From positions 109,238-173,237 of the IMG/VR virus record IMGVR_UViG_3300035034_002090: 64,000 nt of DNA, one strand, 5' to 3'. The position numbers and the translations under genes were made by a program. The DNA is from a virus (Duplodnaviria > Heunggongvirae > Uroviricota > Caudoviricetes). Shown one piece after another: positions 26,707 to 35,230 of this stretch. A model generated the notes under the pieces. That model did no database searches and was not told the DNA's origin. It worked only from the letters and a program-made list of their open reading frames with translations. Numbering within the stretch: position 1 is the stretch's first letter; every line of letters starts with the position of its first letter.

Positions 26707-27642
26707 GTGATGAAGGCAATACTGGAGCAAATAGACCGTGTGATACTGGAGTCTAGGGGTGACTATTATTGGGTGTCCTTGCCTTTCAATAAGTCAACAG
26801 CAGCCTCTTTGAGCCGAGGCAGGTTGGAGGGCCTCAAGGGCGTAAGCGGAAGTCGGAGTATCTTGGACTGGTGGTTTGGTGGAGGTAAGGCGGCTCTTAG
26901 GATGGAGCGACGTCGCGCCGATCAGTCTAACTCGCTCATGTCGGTATCAGGCATGAGGGTTAAGGATTTTATCGTCAACGATCTGGAGGTCATGCAGCGA
27001 CTCATGGATCAGTCCTCGTTTGGCACGACCCTTTCGAAATTCGTCCATAACTACATCAAACCCCGACAGTCTAAGCTGGGTCGGAGATATATCAGTCTGG
27101 TGTCTCCGTATCTGGAGGATCGGAAGTTGTACAGGTTCTTAGATCGCTACAAGACGAGTTCTGAGATCAGTGACTGGATCGATCTGATTGACACCACGCA
27201 ACCCGTTCACCACTTCGCTTGGATCATCGAGAAGTCCATTGCGGCATTTGCTAGAAAGAGCGGCAATGAAGAGGATGCCGATGCGCTTCGAGACGCGCTT
27301 GAAAGCAAGATAGACGATGTCGTCAGGGATGCGATAAAGGGGATGAAGAATCAGTATGCCGCCGCTGAGGACGAGTATGTTGTCGCCGGTGGCGCGCTAG
27401 AAGTCCCGAAGGGCTCGGACCTGTTTGTTTTCGCACCTCGCTTATCTGATAGAGCTGAGCGGCTATACATCCAATGGAGAGATGGTGTTGAATCCAAGGA
27501 AATCGACATGCTGCTAAGTATCAGGGGCGGTGCAGACTTCAAAGATAGAGCCAACGCAGAGGATCTTGTCGATAGGTTCGGGCTCGACAACAAGTACAGC
27601 GTAAGCTTTGTGTCGGATGCCGATGAGATACCAAGAGGGTGA
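26707..27642 (+). CDS. leader-motif family protein (paralog of 59341-60303)
   Basis: N-terminal AILEQIDRVILES; shared internal GRLEGLKGVSGS block. Confidence 0.5.
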   Translation: MMKAILEQIDRVILESRGDYYWVSLPFNKSTAASLSRGRLEGLKGVSGSRSILDWWFGGGKAALRMERRRADQSNSLMSVSGMRVKDFIVNDLEVMQRLMDQSSFGTTLSKFVHNYIKPRQSKLGRRYISLVSPYLEDRKLYRFLDRYKTSSEISDWIDLIDTTQPVHHFAWIIEKSIAAFARKSGNEEDADALRDALESKIDDVVRDAIKGMKNQYAAAEDEYVVAGGALEVPKGSDLFVFAPRLSDRAERLYIQWRDGVESKEIDMLLSIRGGADFKDRANAEDLVDRFGLDNKYSVSFVSDADEIPRG

Positions 27643-27643
27643 T

Positions 27644-28255
27644 ATGACTGTTCAATTGCTTGAAAATATCGACAAGATTCTTAGCGAAGGTCGCAAGCTT
27701 ACAGGATCCAAGGTCATCGCTTGGCACTGTGGTCGCAAGCTCAAAGGAGGCCGGTTCTCCACAGATCACATCGGCACTGGCGAGGGCGACTCAGCGCTAG
27801 GGCCGGGGATATATTTCGCAACGGAGAGGTCTGTTGCCGAGATGTATTGCCGTCACCATCGAGAGCCCGTGCTTTACAAGGTGGAGTTTCCGACGCGAGA
27901 CCTGTACAGCAACCAGACCGGGGAGCCGAAACGTCTTCTGGAGAGGCTGAAGGCGCTCGTCAAGGATCTGCTGCCTAGGTACGGGGTTGATAAATGGGGC
28001 GAGGGTGAGCTGAGACTTCCCAGAGGCTCCAGCCTCAAACATGGACCCGGGATGGCTGGTGATATAGTGAGGGCGCTTGGGGGCAAGAGGGCTCGGGAAG
28101 AGTTCCTGAAGATCGGCCTCAAGGGTCTGTGGGTGTCTTTACCAGCGGGCGGGTTCGAAATTTCAGTGTTCGATCCCAGCATCGTGACCATTCTGGATAG
28201 CTTCGAGATGGAGTCCGGAACCGATGATGATGGGGCTATTGACTATTCTTTCTAG
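27644..28255 (+). CDS. leader-motif family protein with PARP-like ADP-ribosyltransferase domain
   Basis: leader MTVQLLENIDKILSEG; H-Y-E triad context: AWHCG (H-G), GPGIYFA (Y), VLYKVEF (catalytic E), cf. PARP HGS / GIYFA / LYNEYIV. Confidence 0.55.
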   Translation: MTVQLLENIDKILSEGRKLTGSKVIAWHCGRKLKGGRFSTDHIGTGEGDSALGPGIYFATERSVAEMYCRHHREPVLYKVEFPTRDLYSNQTGEPKRLLERLKALVKDLLPRYGVDKWGEGELRLPRGSSLKHGPGMAGDIVRALGGKRAREEFLKIGLKGLWVSLPAGGFEISVFDPSIVTILDSFEMESGTDDDGAIDYSF

Positions 28256-28262
28256 CTGAGTA

Positions 28263-28335
28263 TAGTTTTTGAGCGTCCGTAGTCTAGTCAGGACAGGCAT
28301 CTGGCTTCTAACCAGAATCACACAGGTTCGAATCC
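28263..28335 (+). tRNA. tRNA-Arg(TCT)
   Basis: anticodon arm TCTGG-CTTCTAA-CCAGA; T-arm ACAGGTTCGAATCCTGT. Confidence 0.55.
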
Positions 28336-28361
28336 TGTCGGACGTACTATAAGGAGAAAGC

Positions 28362-28685
28362 GTGGCTATCACGGATGAACACATAGCCTACCTTCGAGAG
28401 CGTTATGGTGTCGAGCCAGAGGTGTCAACGCTCTTTGATCGTGTCAAGAATCCAGAGATTCTGGAGCTTATCTTACAGGATGATGAAGATCCTGACGAGA
28501 TGATAGAGGTCTCCGTCGACGCTTACCTGATGCATATCAGGGACAAAGCAGGCATGGATTGGGAGTGGACGGTAGAGGTGTACGATGCCGATGGTAACTA
28601 CATTCAAGAGATAGAGCACTACACTCTCGAAGAAGCTTTGGACCTAGCAGAGAATCACATGGACCTCGCGAAAGGCTCGCCATGA
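28362..28685 (+). CDS. hypothetical acidic protein (GTG start)
   Basis: AAGGAG RBS then GTG; 107-aa ORF. Confidence 0.4.
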   Translation: MAITDEHIAYLRERYGVEPEVSTLFDRVKNPEILELILQDDEDPDEMIEVSVDAYLMHIRDKAGMDWEWTVEVYDADGNYIQEIEHYTLEEALDLAENHMDLAKGSP

Positions 28686-28927
28686 CCGATTATAGGAACG
28701 TCATCATCGGTGCGTATCGTCGTATCGCCAAGGCCGCCGAAGAGGGTCGAGGCGTCCGTCTCAGCGCTAAAGAAGTTGACTATATCATGGAGTTCGACGG
28801 TGGCATCAGGCACGCCGTCGAGGCCAGTTACTGCGAGGGCTGCGCTTGTGATGTCAAGGGAGGGCTTGGGACCAATGGTGGTGCTGTCCTCTGTGACGAG
28901 TGCAGGCGGAGCAAAGAGGACAAGTAG
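28682..28927 (+). CDS. hypothetical Cys-containing small protein
   Basis: 81-aa ORF with ATGA overlap; CEGCAC...CDEC. Confidence 0.35.
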   Translation: MTDYRNVIIGAYRRIAKAAEEGRGVRLSAKEVDYIMEFDGGIRHAVEASYCEGCACDVKGGLGTNGGAVLCDECRRSKEDK

Positions 28928-28969
28928 TTGTTGCACACGAATGCACGGTTTGATAGCCTGAATTCTCTC

Positions 28970-29047
28970 GGGCGTGACGCCCATAATGGTAGGGCATCCG
29001 GCTTTCAATCCGGTTCTATATTGCGGGTTCGAATCCCGTCACGCCCT
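28970..29047 (+). tRNA. tRNA with atypical anticodon arm (anticodon TTC or TCA depending on register)
   Basis: good acceptor GGGCGTG/CACGCCC, D-arm and T-arm GCGGGTTCGAATCCCGT; anticodon stem only CCGG/CCGG with an 8-nt loop CTTTCAAT; 8-9 nt variable region. Confidence 0.4.
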
Positions 29048-29184
29048 TCGAATCAGATGAACCTAGACACAGGTAATGCCATGAGCGGATTCTTGTGAAT
29101 GTGAGCCTCGCGGGCCTCCCGTATAGCGTAGCATCCCACGACTAAGTCGGAGATACTTACGCAAAAACACACAGGGAGATACCC

Positions 29185-29592
29185 ATGAAGGACCGTACGA
29201 TTCAACTGAAAGTGAAGATCAAGTACCTCGCTGAAGAGGCGAGGATCATCCGGAAGGAAGAGCTGAAGGCTAAGAGCTTCCGGGACCGACGCCTGTACAA
29301 TTCGCTTTACCGCCACCGTATCGATGTGGTCAGGCATGAAGCGCGCCATAACCAGCTCGCCTACGGCTTCCTCAGAGGTCGTGATTATGCCGAGATGGAG
29401 GCGAAGACCGATACGCCGGTTGACTTCTCGAAGATCGAGAAGCTTGTCGAGAGGTTCGGTGTCGTCAGGCAGCGTGGTGAGGGCCTCTCCGCGTTCAATG
29501 CTCGAAGGGAAGAGCAGCGTAAGGGGTTTGTTGCTTGGAAGGCGATTGCTCGGGATCACCTCAAAGGGGTGAGGATGGCGCACGCCGCATAA
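29185..29592 (+). CDS. hypothetical basic protein
   Basis: GGGAGA RBS; 135-aa ORF ending at a strong terminator; preferred over the overlapping minus ORF 29053-29583. Confidence 0.4.
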   Translation: MKDRTIQLKVKIKYLAEEARIIRKEELKAKSFRDRRLYNSLYRHRIDVVRHEARHNQLAYGFLRGRDYAEMEAKTDTPVDFSKIEKLVERFGVVRQRGEGLSAFNARREEQRKGFVAWKAIARDHLKGVRMAHAA

Positions 29593-29607
29593 GGGGAAGC
29601 AGAACGG

Positions 29608-29641
29608 ATAGGGTCACAGACTTCGGTCTGTGACCCTATTT
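29608..29641 (+). terminator. rho-independent terminator
   Basis: AGGGTCACAGACTTCGGTCTGTGACCCT hairpin followed by ATTTTTG. Confidence 0.75.
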
Positions 29642-29705
29642 TTGTTTGAGGCGGCTCTCTGGAATAAGATGCGGAACAGGCGCATCTTAAACACCAGAGA
29701 GAGTT

Positions 29706-30452
29706 ATGGCGATACTTAAAAGAAGCGGTTCGGCAACACTGGTTGAGGGGAATCCTACGGGCATTCCGTTAGCAGAGGGAGGTTCTGCCTTTGATTATGG
29801 ATGGGACAGCGACTTAGTCGAAGTGCCAGAGTTCAGATACGAATCCCTAACAGAGATCACTAAAAGCCAAGTGCAGGCGGGGCTATCGGTTGTTGGAGGC
29901 GATCTAGTAATTGATACTGACCCGATGCTCGCAGCAGGAGCTAACGCTTCATTCAACACGTTTCTGTACTTTCCAGTTAAATGGCGAGTAGGCGTTCAAT
30001 TTAAAATGCACATCGAGAGGATTGCGGGATCTGACATCGACGACAATCTTTTGGTGAGGCACTTCTTGTATGATGCTGACGGCAATACACAAGTACCGTC
30101 AGGCGGTAATATTAATTCCGTGGGCATCAGGAGTAGGAACGATGGTTGGTTCTTTCCTTTTACATGGGATAATGGAACGTCAATGAACCTTGGCGGGTCA
30201 CTTTATAACGCCTTCCATTGGAACACTCTCCAGTATCCAATTTCTGAGAAAGAGGGCCTTGTGGGGCACGAAACAGACGCGTCTTACGCCCCATCAGGAG
30301 GTTCATCTCAACGTAACTCACCGAGAGAGATTACTGATCCAGAAATATCGTCAGATTGGTATCTCGAAGGGAGAGTGAGAATAAGCAAGGCTGGCAACGA
30401 GCGGCTTTACAGGAGAATCCCACTATTTAAGGCGTCGGGGATACAGGTTTAA
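29706..30452 (+). CDS. hypothetical protein
   Basis: 248-aa ORF with AGAGAG RBS. Confidence 0.45.
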   Translation: MAILKRSGSATLVEGNPTGIPLAEGGSAFDYGWDSDLVEVPEFRYESLTEITKSQVQAGLSVVGGDLVIDTDPMLAAGANASFNTFLYFPVKWRVGVQFKMHIERIAGSDIDDNLLVRHFLYDADGNTQVPSGGNINSVGIRSRNDGWFFPFTWDNGTSMNLGGSLYNAFHWNTLQYPISEKEGLVGHETDASYAPSGGSSQRNSPREITDPEISSDWYLEGRVRISKAGNERLYRRIPLFKASGIQV

Positions 30453-30621
30453 TGGGGCACAAGAAACTTCTTGACATGAGCTGTGAGTGCTCTTATTATC
30501 CATTCTCACGTTTAGCAAAGCACACGAGAATAAAAATGTACGTCACACGCAACAGAGAAGAGAGTAGCCGGGAACGCAGGAGGTCCGCCTTGTGACGTGT
30601 GCGTACATATGCGCGTTTCTC

Positions 30622-30655
30622 AAGGCCGAACCTTCCAAGGTTCCGGCCTTTTTTG
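30622..30655 (+). terminator. rho-independent terminator
   Basis: AGGCCGAACCTTCCAAGGTTCCGGCCT followed by TTTTTTG. Confidence 0.7.
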
Positions 30656-30661
30656 TTTTGA

Positions 30662-30733
30662 GGCCCCGTCGTCTAGTGGTTAGGACCCGAGGTTTTCAAC
30701 CTCGTAACGGTGAGTTCAATTCTCCCCGGGGCT
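30662..30733 (+). tRNA. tRNA-Glu(TTC)
   Basis: Glu-type D-arm GTCTAGTGGTTAGGAC, anticodon arm CGAGG-TTTTCAA-CCTCG. Confidence 0.6.
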
Positions 30734-30738
30734 GCTTT

Positions 30739-30812
30739 GTCGCTATCGTATAATTGGTTAGGACGCTGCCCTCTCAAGGCAGAAATCGTGGGTTCGAGTC
30801 CCCGTAGCGACG
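30739..30812 (+). tRNA. tRNA-Glu(CTC)
   Basis: acceptor GTCGCTA/TAGCGAC, anticodon arm CTGCC-CTCTCAA-GGCAG, T-arm TGGGTTCGAGTCCCCG. Confidence 0.55.
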
Positions 30813-30840
30813 TTGGGGCATAGCTAATGGAACAGGTTTT

Positions 30841-31302
30841 ATGAGTGAGTTGTCGTACAAACCGGATTGGGACAGGGTTGTTAAAGCTGGTAAGTATCTG
30901 GCTGTCTTCTGTCCAGAGCACCCAAGATCATGGAGTACGGGATACGTCTATGTCCACACCGTCGTCTTGGAGTCAAAGCTAGGAAGGTTGCTCACAGACG
31001 GCGAGATCGTTCACCACATTGACGAAGATAAGAAGAATAATGACCCGTCTAATTTAGAAGTAACCAACAGGTCTGATCACGCAAGGCACCATAGGCCGGG
31101 CAGGTTAATGGTGGAGTTGGAGTGCCCAGAGTGCGGCAAAGTATTTTCAAGGCCGAAGAACAAGACATTCCTGATAAAAGGTGGCTCGTTCGCCGCTTGT
31201 TCGAATAGCTGTAGAGGTAAGGTTTCTTGGAAGCTGAGCAACGAAGACGATTTTGATCTCAGTGGAAACGTGATACGTGAGTATCGTCTTGATGGGGTGT
31301 AA
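30841..31302 (+). CDS. HNH endonuclease (paralog of 22268-22591)
   Basis: IVHHIDEDKKNNDPSNLEVTNRSDHARHH plus CPECGK...CSNSC zinc ribbon. Confidence 0.75.
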   Translation: MSELSYKPDWDRVVKAGKYLAVFCPEHPRSWSTGYVYVHTVVLESKLGRLLTDGEIVHHIDEDKKNNDPSNLEVTNRSDHARHHRPGRLMVELECPECGKVFSRPKNKTFLIKGGSFAACSNSCRGKVSWKLSNEDDFDLSGNVIREYRLDGV

Positions 31303-31375
31303 CTCAGATGGATAGAGTGATTCCCTCCTAAGGAATAAGTCTCGGGTTCGAATCCCGACACCCCAGTTGGATCTT
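31294..31375 (+). tRNA. tRNA-Arg(CCT)
   Basis: acceptor GGGGTGT/ACACCCC, anticodon arm ATTCC-CTCCTAA-GGAAT, T-arm TCGGGTTCGAATCCCGA. Confidence 0.55.
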
Positions 31376-31502
31376 TGACAGGTGAATAGGACAGGAAAGC
31401 AGGGAGAGGGTCTTTCGACCCCCTCCCCTGAGGCAGCGCCTCGTACTCGTGACGTATTGATGAGTGTAGGGTGAATCTGTCTCACAACAAGAGGAGGAAT
31501 AC

Positions 31503-31637
31503 TTCCTCTTTGGCGACGTAGGTCAACTGGATAGCCCGCTGGGGATTATCCGGAGCCCAGTAGAGATGAGTGGTGTTAGCTGCTCAGGCTTAAGGGTGAA
31601 CCTCCTCGGTTGTTGCCGGTTCGAATCCGGTCGTCGC
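31503..31637 (+). other. ~135-nt tRNA-like gene (tRNA ends with a ~60-nt internal insertion)
   Basis: acceptor GGCGACG...CGTCGCC+A, D-arm-like TCAACTGGATAG, T-arm GCCGGTTCGAATCCGGT, but 135 nt long. Confidence 0.4.
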
Positions 31638-31643
31638 CACTAA

Positions 31644-31716
31644 GCCCGGTTAGTGAAATTGGATATCACGCGGCATTACGGATGCTGTATTAGAGGTTCG
31701 AGTCCTCTACTGGGTG
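31644..31716 (+). tRNA. tRNA-Arg(ACG)
   Basis: D-arm GTGAAATTGGATATCAC, anticodon arm CGGCA-TTACGGA-TGCTG, T-arm AGAGGTTCGAGTCCTCT. Confidence 0.5.
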
Positions 31717-31719
31717 TTT

Positions 31720-31793
31720 GGCCCCATAGCTCAGTCTAGAGGAGCGCCTCGCCACGAACGAGGAGGTCGCAGGTTCAAGTCCTGCTGGGGTCT
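31720..31793 (+). tRNA. tRNA, anticodon ACG by manual fold (C at position 33)
   Basis: anticodon arm CCTCG-CCACGAA-CGAGG; T-arm GCAGGTTCAAGTCCTGC. Confidence 0.45.
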
Positions 31794-31797
31794 CTAT

Positions 31798-31870
31798 GGC
31801 CCCGTAACTCAGTGGACAGAGTGCTGCGCTTCGAACGCAGTGGACGCAGGTTCGAATCCTGCCGGAGCTT
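31798..31870 (+). tRNA. tRNA-Arg(TCG)
   Basis: anticodon arm CTGCG-CTTCGAA-CGCAG; T-arm GCAGGTTCGAATCCTGC. Confidence 0.5.
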
Positions 31871-31872
31871 CT

Positions 31873-31958
31873 GGAAGGGTGGCAGAAAGGCTATTGCAGC
31901 GCCCTGCTAAGGCGTAAACGTGTAAAAGCGTTTGAGGGTTCGAGTCCCTCCCCTTCCG
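31873..31958 (+). tRNA. tRNA-Ser(GCT), type II
   Basis: acceptor GGAAGGG/CCCTTCC, anticodon arm GCGCC-CTGCTAA-GGCGT, long variable arm, T-arm GAGGGTTCGAGTCCCTC. Confidence 0.6.
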
Positions 31959-32213
31959 TTAAGTGTACAAGAAAAGAGGCGTATTCTCGCCCACCCAAGA
32001 CCCGGCGATGTTGAATGAGAAATGCTCGTTCGCATCGTCGAAGCTCATCCCTGAATCCATCAGGATGTCGATAATCTTATCTACATCGTATACAGCCAGA
32101 ACCGGCTGACCACACCTCTTAGCCACACCAACAAGGGCCTCCTTATATTCCTCCAGAACGAGGGCATCCGGGTTGGCTTCCTCTAGCATATCCATGCAGT
32201 GTTCGTGCTTCAT
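31959..32213 (-). CDS. hypothetical acidic protein
   Basis: 84-aa isolated minus-strand ORF between a tRNA array and + strand genes. Confidence 0.3.
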   Translation of the reverse strand: MKHEHCMDMLEEANPDALVLEEYKEALVGVAKRCGQPVLAVYDVDKIIDILMDSGMSFDDANEHFSFNIAGSWVGENTPLFLYT

Positions 32214-32301
32214 ATTTCATCCTCGGCATTTGTGGGTCCAGATCTCTTGGGGTAGAGTATCGTCATGAATACCTTCCGTCTACTCGAACAGAGAGGTTCA
32301 C

Positions 32302-32526
32302 ATGAAGAAAAGCATCGATGACGTCCCGGTATATGACGAAAAAGGACGCAGAATCGGCACGGTTGTTGCCGTTGAAGACGCTGGTAAGGCGCTGATCAGG
32401 ATAGATGAAGAGCATGTCGAGGCGTTCAAGAAATACTCTTCTAAGCAGATACCGGTGTCGATGGGATGCACAACGGGAGAGGATCCCAAGCTAACTCGTG
32501 TCAACATGATGGATGGATATGAGTGA
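32302..32526 (+). CDS. hypothetical protein
   Basis: 74-aa ORF with AGAGAGG RBS. Confidence 0.35.
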   Translation: MKKSIDDVPVYDEKGRRIGTVVAVEDAGKALIRIDEEHVEAFKKYSSKQIPVSMGCTTGEDPKLTRVNMMDGYE

Positions 32527-32936
32527 TGCATTATTCACCGAGCAGGCGCAACGAAGATCACAGGTGGGATTTCACTCTTTTCACGGGCCGGTGTTACATG
32601 GCCGCAGGATACTGTCAGGGGTGGCGGGACTGGAGCGAGGACGAGCGCGAAGATCTAGGATACTCAGAAGAATATTTCGAGCGACTAGAAGCTCACAAGG
32701 ACAAGTTTCATGAAGACGGCCATGAAACAGCGGAAGAAGCCTGTGAGTGTTATCGTCAGTTCTTGTTGGACGTCGAGCTAGATCTCAGTGCTTTCATGCC
32801 GGATACAATGAAGCGCTGCGAGGTCTGTCAGGAGTTCACTCAAGGTCTGGCACGGATTGGGGATGTCGAGTTTGTGCTTTGTGACTCACATCGCAACAGG
32901 GACAGAGTAGAGGAACTTTTTGACGACTTTTCTTAG
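32523..32936 (+). CDS. hypothetical protein with Cys/His-rich C-terminus
   Basis: 137 aa, ATGA overlap; CEVCQEF...CDSH. Confidence 0.4.
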   Translation: MMHYSPSRRNEDHRWDFTLFTGRCYMAAGYCQGWRDWSEDEREDLGYSEEYFERLEAHKDKFHEDGHETAEEACECYRQFLLDVELDLSAFMPDTMKRCEVCQEFTQGLARIGDVEFVLCDSHRNRDRVEELFDDFS

Positions 32937-33012
32937 GGGCTTTTTGTTTTGGACCCCGAGCGCATTTAAGCTCCCCAGAGGATTTGTTGAGTCATCAAGC
33001 GCGGAGCTTTAA

Positions 33013-34236
33013 ATGTCGACCTACTACCAATTAATCGAATCATACATCGGTGAGCACGGCCGCCCCGTCCTTCAGGAGGCCAAGTCTCCCAGAAAGAGTG
33101 ATCTGAAACGTGCCGTCAGGAAAGCACTGAAGGACGCCGGGTATAACACCTCGAAGTATTGCAAGGACGCCGTCGTTTATACCGACGAATCGGACTTCAA
33201 GAAAAATCAGAAGAACATGTGGGGTGGGGTAAGTGGGGATGTGCAGAAGATGGGCACCGCTCTGAAGTCGGTAGGACCGGGCAATATTGTAGACGTATTC
33301 GTCTATGACAGGTGCTACTCCGGACCCGGAGGCCCGGGCAAGGGTAGTCTTATCGACAACGTCGTAGTACACCTGCCCGTCAAGCGAGGTCAGGGTATCA
33401 AAAAAGCCAGACAGGGCACCGCCCATGTCTACAGGGCAGACCTGTATACCGACATTCAAGAGTCGGCCTCCTACAGCCTCGATTCAGACATCGCCCTCAT
33501 CGAAGCCAGTGTCATCGACATGGAGATGGGGCTAAACGGCCGACTCGGCCGAAAACAAAGTGCAGGATCCAAGTTTCTCAAAGGTGCCGCTGCGGTTGCG
33601 CTTATCACGGCTGTCGCAATGGTCATGAAGAAGTTCCTGTGGCCCAGCATCAAATCGATGTTTGGAAGAGAGAGTGCATCTGAAATGACGGCAGCTGCAA
33701 GCAAGGCACTCGTGGGGCACGTCGTTGACAGAATCATCAATGATAGCAAGATGATTCTGGATGACTTCGACGCGATGTGGTGGACGCTAGATGCTCATGT
33801 GCGCCTCGATGTCAAGGAACTCATGGGGGTTGTCGCTGAGGTATCTGGCGTGGAGCCTTCAAGAGAGCTTGAGAAAAGTGTTAGAAGCGCCGTGGGTTCC
33901 CTAGCCAAGCTTAACGGCGAGCAGATCCACGATCTGTTCTGGGCCGAGCTAGTCAAGAGGAACAAAGCTGCGATGCTCAGGGAGATCGATAGAGCCATCG
34001 ATAATGCTCTACTCTTCAAAGATGAGCTTGATGACTTCGATGAGCCTTGGATCGCTCCGGGTATCGATATAGAGACGGATCCGAAGAGAATCCTTGATCG
34101 TATCGAGAATGTGAAGTCCAGCATGATGGGTCCTCACATCTGGGCACATACCGAGGGTTCAACGATTCCGTTCATGATCAAGTTTCCGTTTACGACTTTG
34201 GAGACGGAAGTCGCTCCGGAAGATTTCATCGATTAA
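33013..34236 (+). CDS. hypothetical protein (407 aa)
   Basis: long ORF followed by a strong terminator; internal hydrophobic segment AAAVALITAVAMV. Confidence 0.5.
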   Translation: MSTYYQLIESYIGEHGRPVLQEAKSPRKSDLKRAVRKALKDAGYNTSKYCKDAVVYTDESDFKKNQKNMWGGVSGDVQKMGTALKSVGPGNIVDVFVYDRCYSGPGGPGKGSLIDNVVVHLPVKRGQGIKKARQGTAHVYRADLYTDIQESASYSLDSDIALIEASVIDMEMGLNGRLGRKQSAGSKFLKGAAAVALITAVAMVMKKFLWPSIKSMFGRESASEMTAAASKALVGHVVDRIINDSKMILDDFDAMWWTLDAHVRLDVKELMGVVAEVSGVEPSRELEKSVRSAVGSLAKLNGEQIHDLFWAELVKRNKAAMLREIDRAIDNALLFKDELDDFDEPWIAPGIDIETDPKRILDRIENVKSSMMGPHIWAHTEGSTIPFMIKFPFTTLETEVAPEDFID

Positions 34237-34257
34237 TGATGAGCTATCACCTTGCAT

Positions 34258-34290
34258 TAAAGCCGCTACCTTCGGGTGGCGGCTTTTTTG
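34258..34290 (+). terminator. rho-independent terminator
   Basis: AAAGCCGCTACCTTCGGGTGGCGGCTTTTTTG. Confidence 0.8.
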
Positions 34291-34361
34291 TTGGTTGACA
34301 TCGATAGCTCATCAGATTTAGATGAGGTCATACAAGGATCCCTGACGCCAAAGGAGGATGT

Positions 34362-34577
34362 ATGGACACTGCATGGGACCCAGAAAGATTTGCGGCCAAG
34401 ATAAAGAAGCTGCGAGCTGACAGGAAGATGACCCAGCGCGCCCTTGCTGAGGCAACAGGTTTGACTTCGAGGACCATCAGAAATCTCGAAGGCGGGAGCA
34501 CAACAAACCCGCCTGTGGGCACTCTGTACCTCCTTGCCGAGCCGCTGGGTGTCAGCGTGCCCGACCTTCTCACCTAG
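34362..34577 (+). CDS. XRE-family helix-turn-helix transcriptional regulator (Cro/CI-like)
   Basis: KMTQRALAEATGLTSRTIRNLEGG is a canonical HTH_XRE motif; AGGAGG RBS. Confidence 0.75.
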   Translation: MDTAWDPERFAAKIKKLRADRKMTQRALAEATGLTSRTIRNLEGGSTTNPPVGTLYLLAEPLGVSVPDLLT

Positions 34578-34596
34578 ATATAACTGAGGAAACGCG

Positions 34597-35046
34597 ATGA
34601 TCCCCACTTGGCTATACTGGATAGTCTTTGTCATTGTTTGGCTTTTTGTTGCAGTTGATCTGACACTTTCATGGATGAGGGGTATCGAGAGGTATAGGAC
34701 AAGGCGAGACTCCGTAGCACTAAGCAATGCCTCATTTGCCGATCGGGCAGAAGATTTCATTTACATCAACTCCAAACGTATCGGCACAACAGTGATTTTC
34801 CTGATCGTCACCGTTGTTTTTTCCCTCGGCCCAGAGGGAGAAAAGGGAGTGAAGCCAGCGCACAGGTTTGAAGGCAAGCAGGCGGCATCAGAAGCGCCTG
34901 AAGACGGATGCGTGTGCGATTGTGGGGTCGATGAACGTGACGCAAGTGATAGCCTATCGCTTGACCACTATGAGCCTGCCAAGCAGTCTATGGAGTCGTT
35001 CAGGGACAGAGTTATCAACAGGGAGGCCGCTAAGGATGAACATTAA
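34597..35046 (+). CDS. membrane protein (two predicted TM helices)
   Basis: MIPTWLYWIVFVIVWLFVAVDL and IGTTVIFLIVTVVFSL hydrophobic segments. Confidence 0.45.
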   Translation: MIPTWLYWIVFVIVWLFVAVDLTLSWMRGIERYRTRRDSVALSNASFADRAEDFIYINSKRIGTTVIFLIVTVVFSLGPEGEKGVKPAHRFEGKQAASEAPEDGCVCDCGVDERDASDSLSLDHYEPAKQSMESFRDRVINREAAKDEH

Positions 35047-35230
35047 TCTGAATGGCCACTACCAGTTCAAAGATCAACGAGTGGGTGCAAGAAAGAAGGG
35101 AGACGAGGTGATGATTTCCGTTGGCATACGTGCTGACAGTACGGCATTTCTGTCGCCCGGAGAGGCTAAGTTGTTGGGTGAATTTTTGATTTCTGCCGCT
35201 AAAAAGGCGGAGCAAGCAGACAAGGAGTGA
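35033..35230 (+). CDS. hypothetical small protein
   Basis: 66-aa ORF overlapping previous gene; AAGGATG context. Confidence 0.3.
   Translation, partial: RMNINLNGHYQFKDQRVGARKKGDEVMISVGIRADSTAFLSPGEAKLLGEFLISAAKKAEQADKE

Noticed and set aside
29053-29583. 176-aa minus-strand ORF overlapping the + strand gene 29185-29592
   Set aside because: The + strand ORF has a GGGAGA RBS and is followed by a strong + strand terminator. The surrounding genes are all + strand, and the minus ORF lacks an RBS.
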